Source: the human T2T-CHM13v2.0 reference genome, Homo sapiens. Taken from it: DNA of 64,000 nucleotides. Shown piece by piece: positions 14,393 through 28,720 of the stretch. The stretch lies in the NCBI RefSeq assembly GCF_009914755.1, contig NC_060937.1; one strand, given 5' to 3'. Below the pieces are notes generated by a model. The model had not been told where the DNA came from, did no database searches, and worked only from the letters and a program-made list of their open reading frames with translations. The position numbers were made by a program, and so were the translations under genes. Numbering within the stretch: position 1 is the stretch's first letter; every line of letters starts with the position of its first letter.

Positions 14393-15029
14393 TTAATTGT
14401 CGTTCATTGCTAATTAAGTGTGGCAAGTTAATTTTTATAAGAATCATAAAATCTCTACCAATAAAATTGTGCTCAAGGTATTATTTTGAATTTACCAGTT
14501 CTCATTTTGTAAAACTTTTGTTCATGGTTCAAAATTTAAAAATAGATAAAGCGAGATTACTGAATATGAACTATTTGGAAAAATCTTAGTTCATGTTAAT
14601 ACACAATACTACTGGCAATATGTTAATAAAATTTAATACCAGCAGCTCTGGGGTTTGGCCATTGTTACTCATTTTTTAAAAATAGCATACAATAATGGAT
14701 ATTCTCATGATGTTCTATTAAAAAGGTGTAGATGTACATGTATTACAAAATTTTCCTGCTACCTCAGTCTTTTAAACATCCAATTACTCTTGGGACAAAC
14801 CAAAGTTTGCAGTTTCTGGTATAGCCTTTCCATAGATTTTATGCACAAGCAACACACACACATTCATACATACACACACAAATTCACAGGTGTGTGTTCT
14901 TTAACCCATTTTCATACATATAAGAACATATTTTATAACAATGTGGATAATATGTTTTCATATGTTGTTAAAATTCTATCTTCGAAATTATTGCCTCTGA
15001 ATGTATGAAGAGCTCCTTCATTTCATTTT

Positions 15030-15740
15030 ATGGTGTCGTAAAATACCAGTGTTTTAACTATATCTTTACAAACAGACATTTAATTTTAATTCTTACATTT
15101 TTATCACAAGAAAAGGGATGCTTCTACTATCCCAAGAGCAATAGCTTTTGCTACTTTTGATATCACAAGGATGCACTGAAAACCTGCGCAGACATCATTC
15201 TGAACAAAACAACATTTGTTGAATAAACTCCAGGAAGTAAAATTGTTGAATCAAAGAGTGTTTACACTTGTTATTTTCATGATTAAGGTCACATTGTCTT
15301 GAATAGAGAATGTAATAATTTACAAATCCACCAACAATATATGAACCCTACACCAATACAAGGTTAACAAACATTTTGGTTTTTGTGAAACTAAGTGAAA
15401 GAAATGGTATCTAGAAAAAATTATACTGTATTCCTGTTATTTTGAGGAAAACAGTTTTTTTAAAAAATGTAGAAACATAATTATTTAATTTCCTTTGAGT
15501 TATTTATTTATCCCCTTTGTCCAATTTTCTCCTTGGCAATTTTTTAGCAATCACTTTTTTAATTTTTAGAAGGGCTTTATATTTTATAGATGATATCTAC
15601 TGGACTACAGTATGAGACAGAAATAGTTTTTCCCCTTTTACTATTTGTCTTTTGAATTTCTAAAAGTCACTATTTATGGAGTCAAATTTATTATTCTTTT
15701 CTTATTTGTATTTGAGGATAAATAAGGTCTTCCCTGGACA
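15030..15740 (-). mobile_element. Degraded L1M fragment
   Basis: AAACTCCAGGAAGTAAAATTGTTGAATCAAAGAGTG and TAATAATTTACAAATCCACCAACAAT resemble antisense L1 ORF2/3' UTR. Confidence 0.55.
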
Positions 15741-16211
15741 GGCTAAACTGCTTTAAAATGAGTGTGGGCAACAAGCTAAGTAGAAAACACATAAATTAAA
15801 ATCGCCCTGTTCAACATTTAGGAAACCATCTTCTGGAGAATCACATCTTACAGGGATAGATTATTCTCACTTAAATAAGTTCCCATTCTACTGTGGTCTT
15901 TCTGTCATGATTCTCCTCCCTTTTTATCTCTTGTGGTCTAATTCTGAAAGTGCCCAAGATACGTTATAGTCACCATGTTTTCCCATTTATATTTGACACA
16001 TTTCTCCCTCCTTTTAAAAATTATAGCACTAATCACATTTTCTACTGCTTTATCTGAGGATATCTTTCATTATTCATGTGCTAATAACAATCCCAATATT
16101 ACAAAGACTATGACTTCCACTAAGTGTCTTTATACTATTGAGTTACTCATTCAATGTGATTTTCCCCTATATCAGAAATCAAAAGGAACATTATCAGCTA
16201 AATAACTGAAG

Positions 16212-16574
16212 TGCTGTAGACTGACATTTGTGTTCCACCCAAATTCATATGTTGAAATCCTAAACCCCAATGTGATTGCACTAAAAAGTGGGGCGTGTGG
16301 TAGAACCCTGTAACATAAATTCCTCCTATAACCTAATTTCCTGATTAAAAAGTGGGGCCTTTGGTAGGTACTTTATAACCTAATTTCCCACTTTTTAATG
16401 TGAGAGTCCACAGGGAGCCTTCATCATTTCTGCCATAAAAGGATTGAGAGGATGGCTTCTATGGACCAGGAAGCAGTCCCTCCCCAGACACCAAATCTGC
16501 AGAAATACATTTGTTGTTCATAATCCACCAAGCCTATTAGTATTCTCTTATAGTATACCTAACAAACTAAGACA
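16212..16574 (+). mobile_element. MLT1A-type solo LTR with an internally rearranged segment
   Basis: AAATTCATATGTTGAAATCCTAAACCCCAATGTGAT near the start, ACTAAGACA end, TGAAG/TGAAA flanks. Confidence 0.85.
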
Positions 16575-16639
16575 TGAAATCTAAGTTCTAAGAATTAAGC
16601 CATATAAAATTCAATAACATAATAATAAAAGCAGAAAAC

Positions 16640-16954
<315 letters not shown>

Positions 16955-17120
16955 AGCAAAAATAAACACATCTGTAATAAATAGGAAGCTCATTTTTATG
17001 TCATTATTTAAGCCATGGCAAATATTGAACTGTACAGCCTTATATTTCACTCATAATCATTTTTTTCCATATCATACAGAATAAGAACATCATACTTCAC
17101 CCTTTTACTGTTACTGTTTC

Positions 17121-17430
<310 letters not shown>

Positions 17431-19974
17431 TAAATTTAGGTTACAGGGTTTCTTTAATTTTAATTTTGGTAGTTTCTCATTTTAAGCCATATTTATCTAC
17501 CAAATTAATGTGAAAGATGACCTTTTTTTCTGAGATTTTTATATTTCTTGTCAAATTTTAGTACATTTAGTAAAATTGGGACCAGAATACCAAATAGTTC
17601 GTTTTAGTTTTGTTTTTTACCTTATCATGTTTTCCAATGTACTTTATATATTCAGGCCACATAAGCAACATAATTTTACAAAAGTGAAGTTTTACAACCT
17701 TTGTTTAATACATTGCAGAATAATTTGAGGAAGAGAGAAAAATTTAGTGCAAATAGCACATAAGTGAATATATGACTGCCTGAACATATTAAATTAGAGT
17801 TAATTGGGAAACTACTGAGAAAGTAAAACATTAAGAGTCTGCAGTGAGTTACCATTGGAGACATTCAGGAAGTTTAATTCCAAGGGAAAGGGCTCCATAT
17901 TCCTCAATGCTTTGTCTAATTTAGAAGTTAAAGGATCACAACAAATTCCATCTCGTTTTTGAAAGTCATTATCACTAATGACTCTTTAAAAATGTTTTAA
18001 GACAACTTTTATTATGGACATATTTTATTTTATTCTTATAATTCTTATGATAAAAATTCATTCTGTGGCATGTTTATTTTTAAAAATTCATTAATCTGGT
18101 CAATGTTTTGGGTTGAAAATCAGAATTAAAAATGGTTTGTAATTGCGTCCTGCACTGTCTCTGGTGAATTACTGTTTGTCCACCTTTAGAGCTCATTATC
18201 CCCATATTGTTAAATTAGCAACTTTCTACCATTTTGCGCAAATACTCTCTAAGATTATAGCAAATAGTATGCAGCTTCTTGAGCATTTTAAAATTGATAT
18301 TAGTTTTTATATCATAACTTAAATATATATGCTACATATATAATTTTGACATAATGCATATAGTAAGCATATTTTAAATACATTGTCATAAAAAAATTGG
18401 AGTTTCAGATTTAGATTTCTGAAATTTTGAAAAATGTTTTCCTTTAACCTAATTGACAATGCCATGTGTCATTTTAGACTCACATTTCAAATCAAACTTA
18501 CTTTACATCTAAATGTTCTGACCTCAGTTTGTATCACAAGTGAAAGTGTTAGTATTTATCTCCATGATGACATGTAGAGACTTGTTAAATGTGTTAGTAA
18601 AATCCAGAATAAACAAATACAAGATTGATAAAATTGACTATATGGATGCTAATATAAGGCACATGTTGAAAATGATGAAGCCTTCATTAGTGAGTGTCTG
18701 AATGACTGCATGGATAGGAGCCACTCTGCTGATCTGTTCACCTCTTTAGTCTGTGTAATCAGGAAATTTCTCCTGGGAGCCAAGCATTCTATATTTTTGT
18801 CTTTATTTTTTGTTGTAGTTAGCAACGAATGTAGGGCAATAGCCCTCCAGTACTAATTACCCTATTAAGGGTTTCTAAAAATACCCTCTGCAGTAGCAAG
18901 ATAAGGGTATACTGACCATAATTCTTTAAACTTGTATAAAGCTGGTGTTCTTAGATGGTTAATTGCATGCAAGCATTCTCTAAGGCCTCATTTTATAAAA
19001 TGCCTGCTGTATTGCAATTGCTGGAGTTCATATCATGCATTTGCTGCCTTAATAAGTGTAGCTTTATAATTGTTTCATACTCAGTTACATGCCTGACATA
19101 TAGTAGATTTTTAAATGTGAATAAAAATTAATAAATAAAAATACACAGTTACAAATAATTTATCATAACTGACCACCCACCAGGTGTTCAGCTTCAGTAG
19201 CCTGAGATTTTATGCCAAAGCATTTACCACATTATTTATTTCAATTATTTCCTCATTTATCTCTTCTACTTTATATGTATAGGGAGGAGACTTCATTTAG
19301 AAGAGTACCATTTATTTAGGACATGACAGAAACAACATGGATAATAACAATGCCCTGGAAAACTATTTCTAATATTTAAGATTAACACAGATAATTAAGT
19401 GTACAAGGTAGGAGGATCTATCCTGATATAATTCCTTCATGTCATCCAAGGCTGCTTCTTTCCCCATAGAAACCTTATCTAAAGAGGTGCAGTTGTTGTG
19501 GCAAAACATTTTTTGCTAAACTAGAAATAATTGTAAAATACAGCTCACCAAACAAAAGTAAAATTAAAACTCTCAGGTTCAGTGTTTTTAGTATTATGTC
19601 ATATAAATTATATATTTATATATTATTATTATTAAACTGTCAGAAATATTCAACAGAAAAATATATTAATAGATGTAAAAGCAAATCTTTATACATTTTG
19701 GGGACATATAACTAATTTTAATTAGTTTTATTTAAATACTTTTTTCTTTATATAATATTTTCTGTTTGAAAAGTATGTTCAATAATTCAGAAAGGGGAAC
19801 TACAAAATAGATGACATAACTCTCCAGGAAATATGTAGCTCATATAGACAGGTTATATCAATACATTTGTATGTAGAATTCACAGAAGCATATAAGCATA
19901 ATGACACAAAGTTAAAATAAGGTTATACACAAATTTTGAGGTTTTTTTTAAAATTTCAATAACTGTATGAATAG

Positions 19975-21110
19975 AGTTAAGGGAATGAAAAAACAAGACA
20001 CAAACTTGGAGAAAATGTTTGCAAACAACATATCTGTTAAAGAACTTGTATCCAAAATATTCAAAAACTATTAAAACTCGATAAGAAAAACAAGAATAAA
20101 TTGAAAACGGAGTAAAAAACTGAACAAATAGCTCATCAAAGAAGACATAAACATTTAAAAATCATTATATTTGATAATGGTAAATAACTATATAAAAATA
20201 TGTTCCACATCATATGTCATATGAGAATTGTGAATTAAAACAGCAATGATATACCTAAGAGATTAGCTAAAATTCAAAACACTGACAACACCAAATCCTG
20301 TCAAGGATTCATTCATTCATTGCTAGTGAGAATGCAAAAGATACAGCCACTTTGAAAGATTGTCAGGTCCTTACAAAGCCCAACACAATTGTGCTTCTAG
20401 CTATTAACCAAATTTATTAGTGTTTTCACACTGCTATAAAGAAATACCCAAGACTGGGTAACCTATAAAGGAAAACAGGTTTTATGACTCACAGTTCTGC
20501 ATGACTGTGGAGGCCTCAGGAAACTTACAATCATGGTGGAAGGCTGAGGGGAAGCAACACCTTCTTCACAAGGCGGCAGGAGAGAGATGAGTAAGCAAAA
20601 GAGAAACTTGTGAAACACTTATAAAACCATCAGATATCTTGAGAATTCACTCACTATCATGATAAAAGCATGGGAGAAACTGCCTCCATGATCCCATCAC
20701 CTCCCACCTAGTTCCTCCCTCAACACCTGAGGATTGCAACTCAAGATGAGATTTGGGTAGGGACACAAATTCTAACCCTATCACCAAAATAAGTTGAAAA
20801 CTTATGCCCCCCCCCCACACACAAACACAAAACTGCACACTAATATTTACAGCAGCTTTCTTTATTCATAATTGAAAAAATTGGATGCAACCAAGATGAT
20901 GTCTTTCAGTATGTGAATAGATAAACTGTGATTCATGTATACCATGCAAGAATACTTAGGAATAAAAAGAAAGGAACTATCAAACCATGAAAAGACACGA
21001 AGGAATCTTAAATGCATCTTAGAGTGAAAGAAATCAGTCTGGAAGGCTACACACTATATAATTCTTATTATATGATATTCTATAAAAGGCAAAACTGTGG
21101 AAAGATTATT
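19975..21110 (+). mobile_element. L1MB-like 3' fragment interrupted by an MST LTR
   Basis: GGAGAAAATGTTTGCAAAC...AGAACTTGTATCCAAAATAT; ACTGACAACACCAAAT; GAATCTTAAATGCAT...AAAGGCAAAACT. Confidence 0.85.
20413..20783 (-). mobile_element. MSTA-like solo LTR nested in L1
   Basis: GGAGGCCTCAGGAAACTTACAATCATGGTGGAAGG; perfect TSD CCAAA (20408-20412, 20784-20788). Confidence 0.92.
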
Positions 21111-22049
21111 GATGTCACATCTATATTTGCAGTGACAATAAAATAATGTTTTCCAACATAAAAATCAGATATGCAAGATAATTAAGGCAACTATGCAGAT
21201 TTTTTATCATTTGGCAGGAAGTCATAAGCAACATCTTATGCAACCTTTCTTCTTTCATTATTTTGCCTCACTTCAGGAGATAAACTTTAACATAAGTTGT
21301 TCACATTTTCCTTGCTCTTTGAGTAAGTATGGGTTGTGTCCTAAACTTTTTACTGCTGGTTGTCCAGACTCTGGGTGCTGTTTTGATCCTCCAGGCAAAT
21401 TTGTTTTAGCATTCAATCATATCAATAAGGTTCAGAATGTAAATTCTGTCTTACCTTCTTTGTACGGTGATCCAAGTCTTAGTTTCTTTTTCTGTATTTT
21501 TACTACATGGCTTGTATCAGTCCTACTCATGCATGTCTCTCAAGTTAGGCTGTGACTTCTGTGAATTTATGCATAAAAACAAGAGATCCCTTTCTCTAGT
21601 TATCATTCCAAGATTTGCTCCTCATTCCTTAACCTGCAGTGGTTCTTCTGAGTTTTAGCCATTCACATAGCTTCTTGCCTCAATTTTGGATGTTTTCAAA
21701 AAATTGGGAGTCATCCTCTGTGGAGTTCTTCTCCAGGTTTTGACTTCTCTCCTCAGGTAGTTGTTTTTTGTTGTTGTCGTTGTTGTTTTTCCCAGTTTGC
21801 TTTTGTGAGTAGATGGGTAATTGGAAGCTAACACCACCATGGTAGAAATAGGTATGGACTAATTAATGGTGTTTTTATGAATGACATCCCGATTTGAATA
21901 AAGGAAACATTGCTAATCTTTTCCCTAATGACTCACATTTCCTATATTTAAAAAAAAATCCCTTATTTTTAGCTAATACCCCCTATCTTTTTAGAAGTCT
22001 AAAAATATTGTCTTATTCTTGATACACTTGAAAATAATGTTATGAACAT

Positions 22050-22900
22050 GAGAATGTAATAATTTAGACTCCTGTTTTTTATAGAGATAACTCATATTTA
22101 TAATCCCTTTATTAAACAGCCTCCTCTTATTATGATTTGCAATGCCATTCCTTGTCATATATCATTTTTAAATATGCATGGATCAGTTTCAGTGTTCTCA
22201 ATACTGTTCTATCATCAATGCCACACTTTTAAATCATTGGAGCTTTCTGATGCACCCAGAAATCTGGCTCAGCATTATCTTCCAAATGTTTTTGTTTCAA
22301 AGTATATCATTTTACCTCATTTATATCAGGTTATGTGTTTTTTTCAATGTCCACTAATGCACTTACATGTATTTTAACTGAAGTTCCATTAAATCTAGAG
22401 ATTAATATGGCAGAATTGCTATCTTCTCTATAGAGAATCTTTCTGTCTATAAATATTTATGTCTTTTAAAGTGTGGTTTGATAAATATACTTATTTTTTA
22501 AATATTTATTTGATATCTTTGTACATTTATTCTTTTAAAATATTTCATATGTCTACTATTAAAAACACTTCAAGTTTTATTTTATAATGTTTCCTGCATT
22601 TAGAAATGCAATTACTCCTGTATCTGGATCTTATATCTGACATGAGGAAACATGATAAAATTTCTTATTAATTTTACAAAAAACTGTATATTTGGGAAAA
22701 TTCCTATATGAATTATCACATCTAATTTAACCAATTTTTTTCTTTCTTTTCAGTAGGCAGAAATGTTTTATCTTTCTCTTGTGTAATTGCACTATTTTGG
22801 ACTTCCAGTACAATGTTGGATAGAAGAGATTGTGAGACTTCTTATTGATTTTAAAGGCAATGGTTTCAACATTTTTACAGGTTTTTTAAATATGATTTCT
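22050..22900 (-). mobile_element. Highly degraded L1M ORF2 fragment
   Basis: TTGGACTTCCAGTACAATGTTGGATAGAAG...TTTAAAGGCAATGGTTTCAACATTT typical of antisense L1 ORF2. Confidence 0.6.
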
Positions 22901-23908
22901 ATTAAGTTTTATATTTAACATATTTCAATTAACTTTATTAGTAATTAGAGAAATGCAATTGAAACTCTCAATTAAAATATATCAGGATTTGGTTTGGTTT
23001 ACTGCTAAAGGGCATATTTTATTTAAATGCATGAGTTAATTTTTTTTCACTGCAATGAGAATTTGGCCATTGGCATGAGTTAGTGGCTCAAGGATATCAG
23101 GTCAAGTTTTTGGTGATTCCCATCGTCTTTTCATCACGATACCAAGTGGACTCCTGGAACTCCAACAATCACTTCTACATTTCAAGCAGCAGCATTCAGA
23201 AAATTCAACTGGTAAAATGTTTTTGTATTCTTGGTAGTACTACCAAATAATTCTCACTGACAAAGCTTATAGGTAAAACAGACTTGAAAAAAATGGTTTT
23301 TCATTTGGGGGTTATTACTGTGTATTTTATATGACAGGGATATATATATATGTATATTTCAAAATAAATTGGATATTGCATAGGTATCTAGCAATCTCTG
23401 TCACAGGAGACATTCTAGATAGCTGATAGGAAGGCAGTTCAGAGAAACTGCTTTATGAAACAACATGGCACTATCCACTTAAGTAAGAAGTGCTTGTACA
23501 AGATGATGTCTGTACAACACAAATTCCGCTCATGCATGGATAATATGAGCAACGATCACTGGAGGACTCTTTCATATATACATCAAAGGGCATAAGCTAC
23601 TGTGGATGTGTATGAACATGCATATATTCATGTTTGTCTACATGTATGCATGTATAGCAGAAGAAAAAAAATGCAAACCACCCCAGTATCTATTGACAAA
23701 AGCATGGACAAATATATTGTAACATATTTGTGTGTTAGAATATGATACAGCAGGTAAAAAATGTGAACTGCCGCTTCACACATCACAATGAATGGATTTT
23801 GTGAACAACACTGTAAGAAAAGTCATAAAAGGGTATATAGCAGGATTCTATTCATATAAAACTTAATACATTGTACAATTGAATGAATACATTATTTAGT
23901 AATACCCG

Positions 23909-24497
23909 TGTGATGACTGATTTTGGCTGTCAATTTGTCTAGACTAAGGAATACCCAGATAGCTGGTAAAGTATTATTCATTTTCAATCATTGCATTAAT
24001 TATTCTCAACTTTTAAGTAGGCACTGAGCTCATCCCCATTTTGCTGAAAGGGAAACCCAGGTGGTTTGGCATCTGATCAGAATGACTGGGCTCCCCCACG
24101 TGTATCTGTGAGGGCATTTCCAGAGGAGGTTGGTGTGTGAGTGGGTGGACAGAATGGGAAGATCCACCCTCAGTGTAAGTGGGCAGATTCCAGTCAGCTG
24201 GGGACCCAGATGGAAGAAAAAGCAGAGGAAGGGGGAATTCTTGTTTGCTCCTCCAGAACTGGAGTACCCTTCTCTTGCGTTTGAATGTCAGAGCTCCAGA
24301 TTGTCCAGCCTTTGGACTCAAAAAACTCACAATAACAGCCTCCTGGGCTCTTGGGCCTTCGGCCTTGGAATGAGAGTTACATCATCTTCCTTGGCTCTCA
24401 GGCTGCGCTGGCTCTCCAGCTTACAGAGCCCCTATCTCAGGACTTCTCAGCCTCCATAATTGAGTAAGCCAATTTCCCTAATAAATCCCTTCTCTTC

Positions 24498-24533
<36 letters not shown>

Positions 24534-24621
24534 TCACACACACACACAGACACACACAGACACACACACACACACACGTATCCTCATTATTTTGTCTTTC
24601 TGGAGAACACTGACAAAAACC
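23909..24621 (+). mobile_element. MLT2B-type (ERVL) solo LTR
   Basis: TGTGATG...TGTCAATTTGTCTAGACTAAGGAATACCCAGATAGCTGGTAAAG start; CTGGAGAACACTGAC end; internal TA/CA tract typical of MLT2. Confidence 0.9.
24498..24577. repeat. (TA)n(CA)n compound microsatellite
   Basis: Direct reading. Confidence 0.97.
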
Positions 24622-25200
24622 AAAACCAACTCTTCTTGTTGAAATCTGTAATGAAGAGAAAAATACGATTTGAACAAAACTGAGGCTCATGCTTGCCTAT
24701 ATGGCAAATGGGAATTTGGTTAATGAAATCTGGAAGGATGACACAGAGTACTTTAAAGTTATTGACAATGTATTCATAAAACTCATGTTAAATATCTAGC
24801 ATTTATTATTATTTTTAAAATAACAAAAACACTGTATAGTCAATATAATACTTTTCATATAAAATTAAAAAAAACTGTTTGAATCATGAAGTCCTGTTCT
24901 TTAGTTGCAGAAAATCAATAATCTTTATCACCGTGAAAATATTTAAAGAAATTATGGCAAAAAAGAATGACCAGTGATGGGGATGGTCCTGGTTAAAACC
25001 CATAATACCTAATAAATAAATATGGAAACAGCTCATTAACCTGAAGATGTGCTTATGGTAGCCATCAAAGTGTCTGTCATCTTTTATGATGTGAAAATAG
25101 CCCTCATGTTCAATGTAGTAAAGCTGACTGAGCTCCCGGGATTCTAAACTTCACGCACAGATAGGTCCTGCAATCATCAGGGTCAAAATTCAGTCTGTCA

Positions 25201-25485
25201 GGCCGGCGCGGTGGCTCCCGCCTGCAATCCCAACACTTTGGGAAGCCGAGGTGGGTGGATCACTCGAGGTTCCAGTCAGCCTAGCTAACATGGTGAAACT
25301 CCGTCTCTACTAAAAATACAAAAATTAGCCAGGCATGGTGGCTCATGTCTGTAATCCCAGCTACTCGGGAGGCTGAGGCACGAGAATCACCTGAACCCAG
25401 GAGGCAGAGGTTGCAGTGAGACAAGATCCCACCACTCTGGCCTGAGCGACAGAGCAAGACTCTGTTTAAAAAAAAAAAAAAAAAA
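25201..25485 (+). mobile_element. AluS with small internal deletions
   Basis: Dimeric Alu; flanks TCAGTCTGTCA / TCAGTCTATCA. Confidence 0.93.
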
Positions 25486-26319
25486 TCAGTCTATCAAAAA
25501 TGTATGTTTGGACCCAACTGGGATTAATTCATCTCTGAACCTTGTACATATGTGACCAAAATTCACACAAATTTGAGTTGTTTCTGTAAGTCAATTTATT
25601 ATCTTGTGGTGAGACTGTGTAGCTGTGTTTAGTACCAGATATCTATAGCATCCTAAAGCTTTATCTGAGTAGATGAAAAACTAACTTGAGAAACTTAAGA
25701 AATGGAGAATGCTTTAACAAAATCGATACTAGTTTATCAGTTTAGAATACCTACACCAAACTACAGGACTTTTAGAATTCATTCTTCTCTATTTGGATAT
25801 TCTACTTTCCAAGCAGTTCACAGCATTCTTTGGTAAACATGAATTACATTTCTTGAACTCTTGTATGGAATATGTACAAAATTGTATATCAAATATTATT
25901 TTTTAAATACTCCCAATTAACTATTTCAGCAACACCTTTTTCTTATTCAATATTAATATTTTCACAATTGGTTATATTTATGTTTTCTTCAATGAACTTA
26001 TTTCTTTGAGGAGTTTATTTCACTTATTTGTCACGGTCCATTATCTACTAATTAATGTAAAAGCCCCAATTATGTTAAATCTATATTTTGCCACCTTTGC
26101 CCTTATGCAAGGTAATAGTGCTAGCACTTCAACTATAGTTTCATCTAAACTTTGAGTGACCGACAGAACTATCTATGTGTCCTGTTTTAATTAAGCATCA
26201 CACAGAATATCAAACTGTCTAATAACAATACCAAGCTGTTGGGTGACAGGTGAAATTGGGCATTAGGAAAATGATGGGGTCCAAACATTGGTATACACTA
26301 ATAGTAGTTCATTATTATT

Positions 26320-26665
26320 AAGAACTGCATATTTACATCCCCCCAAATTCATAGGTTGAAATTCTAAACCCCAACAAGGTAGTATTATGAGGAGAGGTAA
26401 GTAGGTCGTTGGAGTTGTGCCCCCATAATGGCTCTAGAGTCTTTATAAGAAGAGGAAGAGAGCTATCCCTCTCTCTCCCCTCTGTGCAGATACAGGGATA
26501 AGTCTACAACTCAGTAAAGGGTGCTCACCAGAACCCAACCATGCTGGCCCTGATCTTGGAATTCCAAACTGGTGTCCTGATCTGGAACTTCCCACCTCCA
26601 GAACTGTGAGAAATAAATGTTTGTTTTTTAAGCCTAGCGTAAGTCTATGGTAGTTGGCTATAATT
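26320..26665 (+). mobile_element. MLT1A/B-type solo LTR
   Basis: CCCCAAATTCATAGGTTGAAATTCTAAACCCC; CCTCCAGAACTGTGAGAAATAAATGTTTG. Confidence 0.85.
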
Positions 26666-26764
26666 TTATAGTAAAGATAAATATTCTGATGTATTGTCTT
26701 AGTCAGTCTATGTTGCTACAGCACAAACCATACATCAGAATATTTATCTTTAGTATAAAATTAT

Positions 26765-26930
26765 AATGTAGAAATTAATATACTGTTTTTTTCAGCTGAG
26801 GAAATTACGGCACTAAGAAGTTGAGTAACACCCTCAAGGTGGCCCAGCTTGTGAAGTGGGAGCCAAGATACCATCTCAGATGTTTTCTGACCCAGGAGTT
26901 TATCTCTTAATGACTACAGTATATTACCAC
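26765..26930 (-). mobile_element. MIR fragment
   Basis: CAGCTGAGGAAATTACGGCACTAAGAAGTTGAGTAACACCCTCAAGGT antisense MIR core. Confidence 0.6.
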
Positions 26931-27406
26931 TTCAGTTATTAACCATAAACTAGTCCATTAGTTTAGTGTAAAGATCACTACCACCCCTAATAATGATATG
27001 GATTTCCAAAATTATCACACTTAAAACCCCTCTGCTCAATGAGTTAGGGGATTGTTTGGATTCCCAGGTGAAGGTCTGGGTTATGTTATCTTGTGGATTT
27101 CCCGTGCCAAGGTTTAGTTTTGGAGTAGGAATCTGTGCAATAGGTCTGAGTCCTCAGGTTTCATCAAAGAAGATGTACAACAATGAGGCACTCTAGACTT
27201 ACTCAAGAGTAGAGCACAGAAAAGCCCAGCAATATGGGCTGGGTAGGTGGTGAATGGAAAATGGTGGAGTACACCTGATGAGCATCACTGAGTCAGCATG
27301 TAAGAAATCATCAGGTATTTTTCTAGAAGTTGCTGAAAATTTATGTATTTTTATCTATTGAGGTATGAAGCAAGCCTCATTTGCCAGGTTAACCAACTCA
27401 AATTTG

Positions 27407-27410
<4 letters not shown>

Positions 27411-27446
<36 letters not shown>
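27411..27446. repeat. (TG)18 microsatellite
   Basis: Direct reading. Confidence 0.97.
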
Positions 27447-27450
<4 letters not shown>

Positions 27451-27754
27451 TGTCAAAATGAATCATTAGAGAAATAATATCATTGGATTTTTTCTATTGT
27501 CTCAAATTCAGCTGGTCAGCTAAAGGCTGAAAGTTGAGAAAAGTGCATGTCAATTATCTGTACATTTTAAAGACAGTTAACACTTTAAGAAGGGACTAAA
27601 CTGGTTAAGTGATCATCAAATCCTACAGTATATAGAAAGATAACCTCAGTGAAGATATATGCAGTAAACAGGTTTAGTTTTTTTTTTTTTTTCTAAATGA
27701 GTAGCAAAAACTTTAGCAAAAATGACAATGCTATGTTATTTTTCAGCCCATCTT

Positions 27755-28720
27755 CATGGGGCAGAAATGGTGGATAATTCTCCCCACCCTAGACCAGGTT
27801 AGGCAGCCTCAGAGTACACAAAAAGTCTGGAGTCATTTGAATTAGAAAAGATTGATATTTCACTCTCTGATTGACTGCTTGTTGAGTTTCAGAAATAATC
27901 AGCCCAGCAGAAGCAGTTAAGCATCAGAAAGTTCTTGGAAATGTTGGAATATGCCCCAGAAGCTTGGTGTACATGTTTATGGAAGCAGGTGTCTGTCCCA
28001 AGCTGGAGAATCCAACAACAGAAAGCTGGCTGGATGAGCTGCGATGTCAGGTCAAGCAGCAAGGAAGAAATGGGGGCAACCTGAGCCCCTACTGTTTCCT
28101 GGGATAAGAAATTTTGAATTTTTCTTTGGGACAAATGGCCTCAGCAGAAGGTAGCTTTGATCTAATTATCTTCAGAAAATTCTGATCCAAAGGAGCTACC
28201 TCCCTGGGCTAGGTGACCACAAGAGTACAGCCCCAAGCAGGAGCTGAAAGAAGTTGGAAAGAAAAGGGACCCTGGCAAGTATGTGATCTCCTCGAAGAAT
28301 GGGCCCCAGGAAGGCTCACAGTCATCTGCAAAGTGTCAGTGGACACGAGGGACTCCCCCTAAGACACAGAAATAGGTATTGCTGTGTTCCTTCTAACCCT
28401 CTTTTCTACGGCTTCAACCTTGAAGGAGAAGCAAAGTGGAATAAAGGAAGGGAAAGAAAAAGCAAGAAGAAAGGCCACTCTCCTTTTTCTCCCTGATCCA
28501 GCTCTGGACTTGTCTTAGACAGGGCCAGGAAAAGGTGTTAGATGAACACCAGATTCACATTTTGATTAAGACAGGACTGGAATTAACACCACTGGAAAGC
28601 TATGGGATTTTTCTAGGGTGTTCCTAAGCGTCAGGAAAGGGAAATGTATCAAAATATATTTCAGAACAATGATGGTAGGAAAAAAAACCTGTTTATATTC
28701 TAATGAGTTTACTCCAACCA
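27755..28720 (+). mobile_element. Possible ancient LTR (MamGypLTR-like)
   Basis: Purine-rich, GC-elevated ~1 kb block whose 3' part loosely resembles MamGyp LTRs; weak recognition only. Confidence 0.3.

Noticed and set aside
24460-24690. HT-repeat and CV-repeat ORFs (also 36242-36644 and 42675-42941)
   Set aside because: Translations of CA/TA microsatellites.
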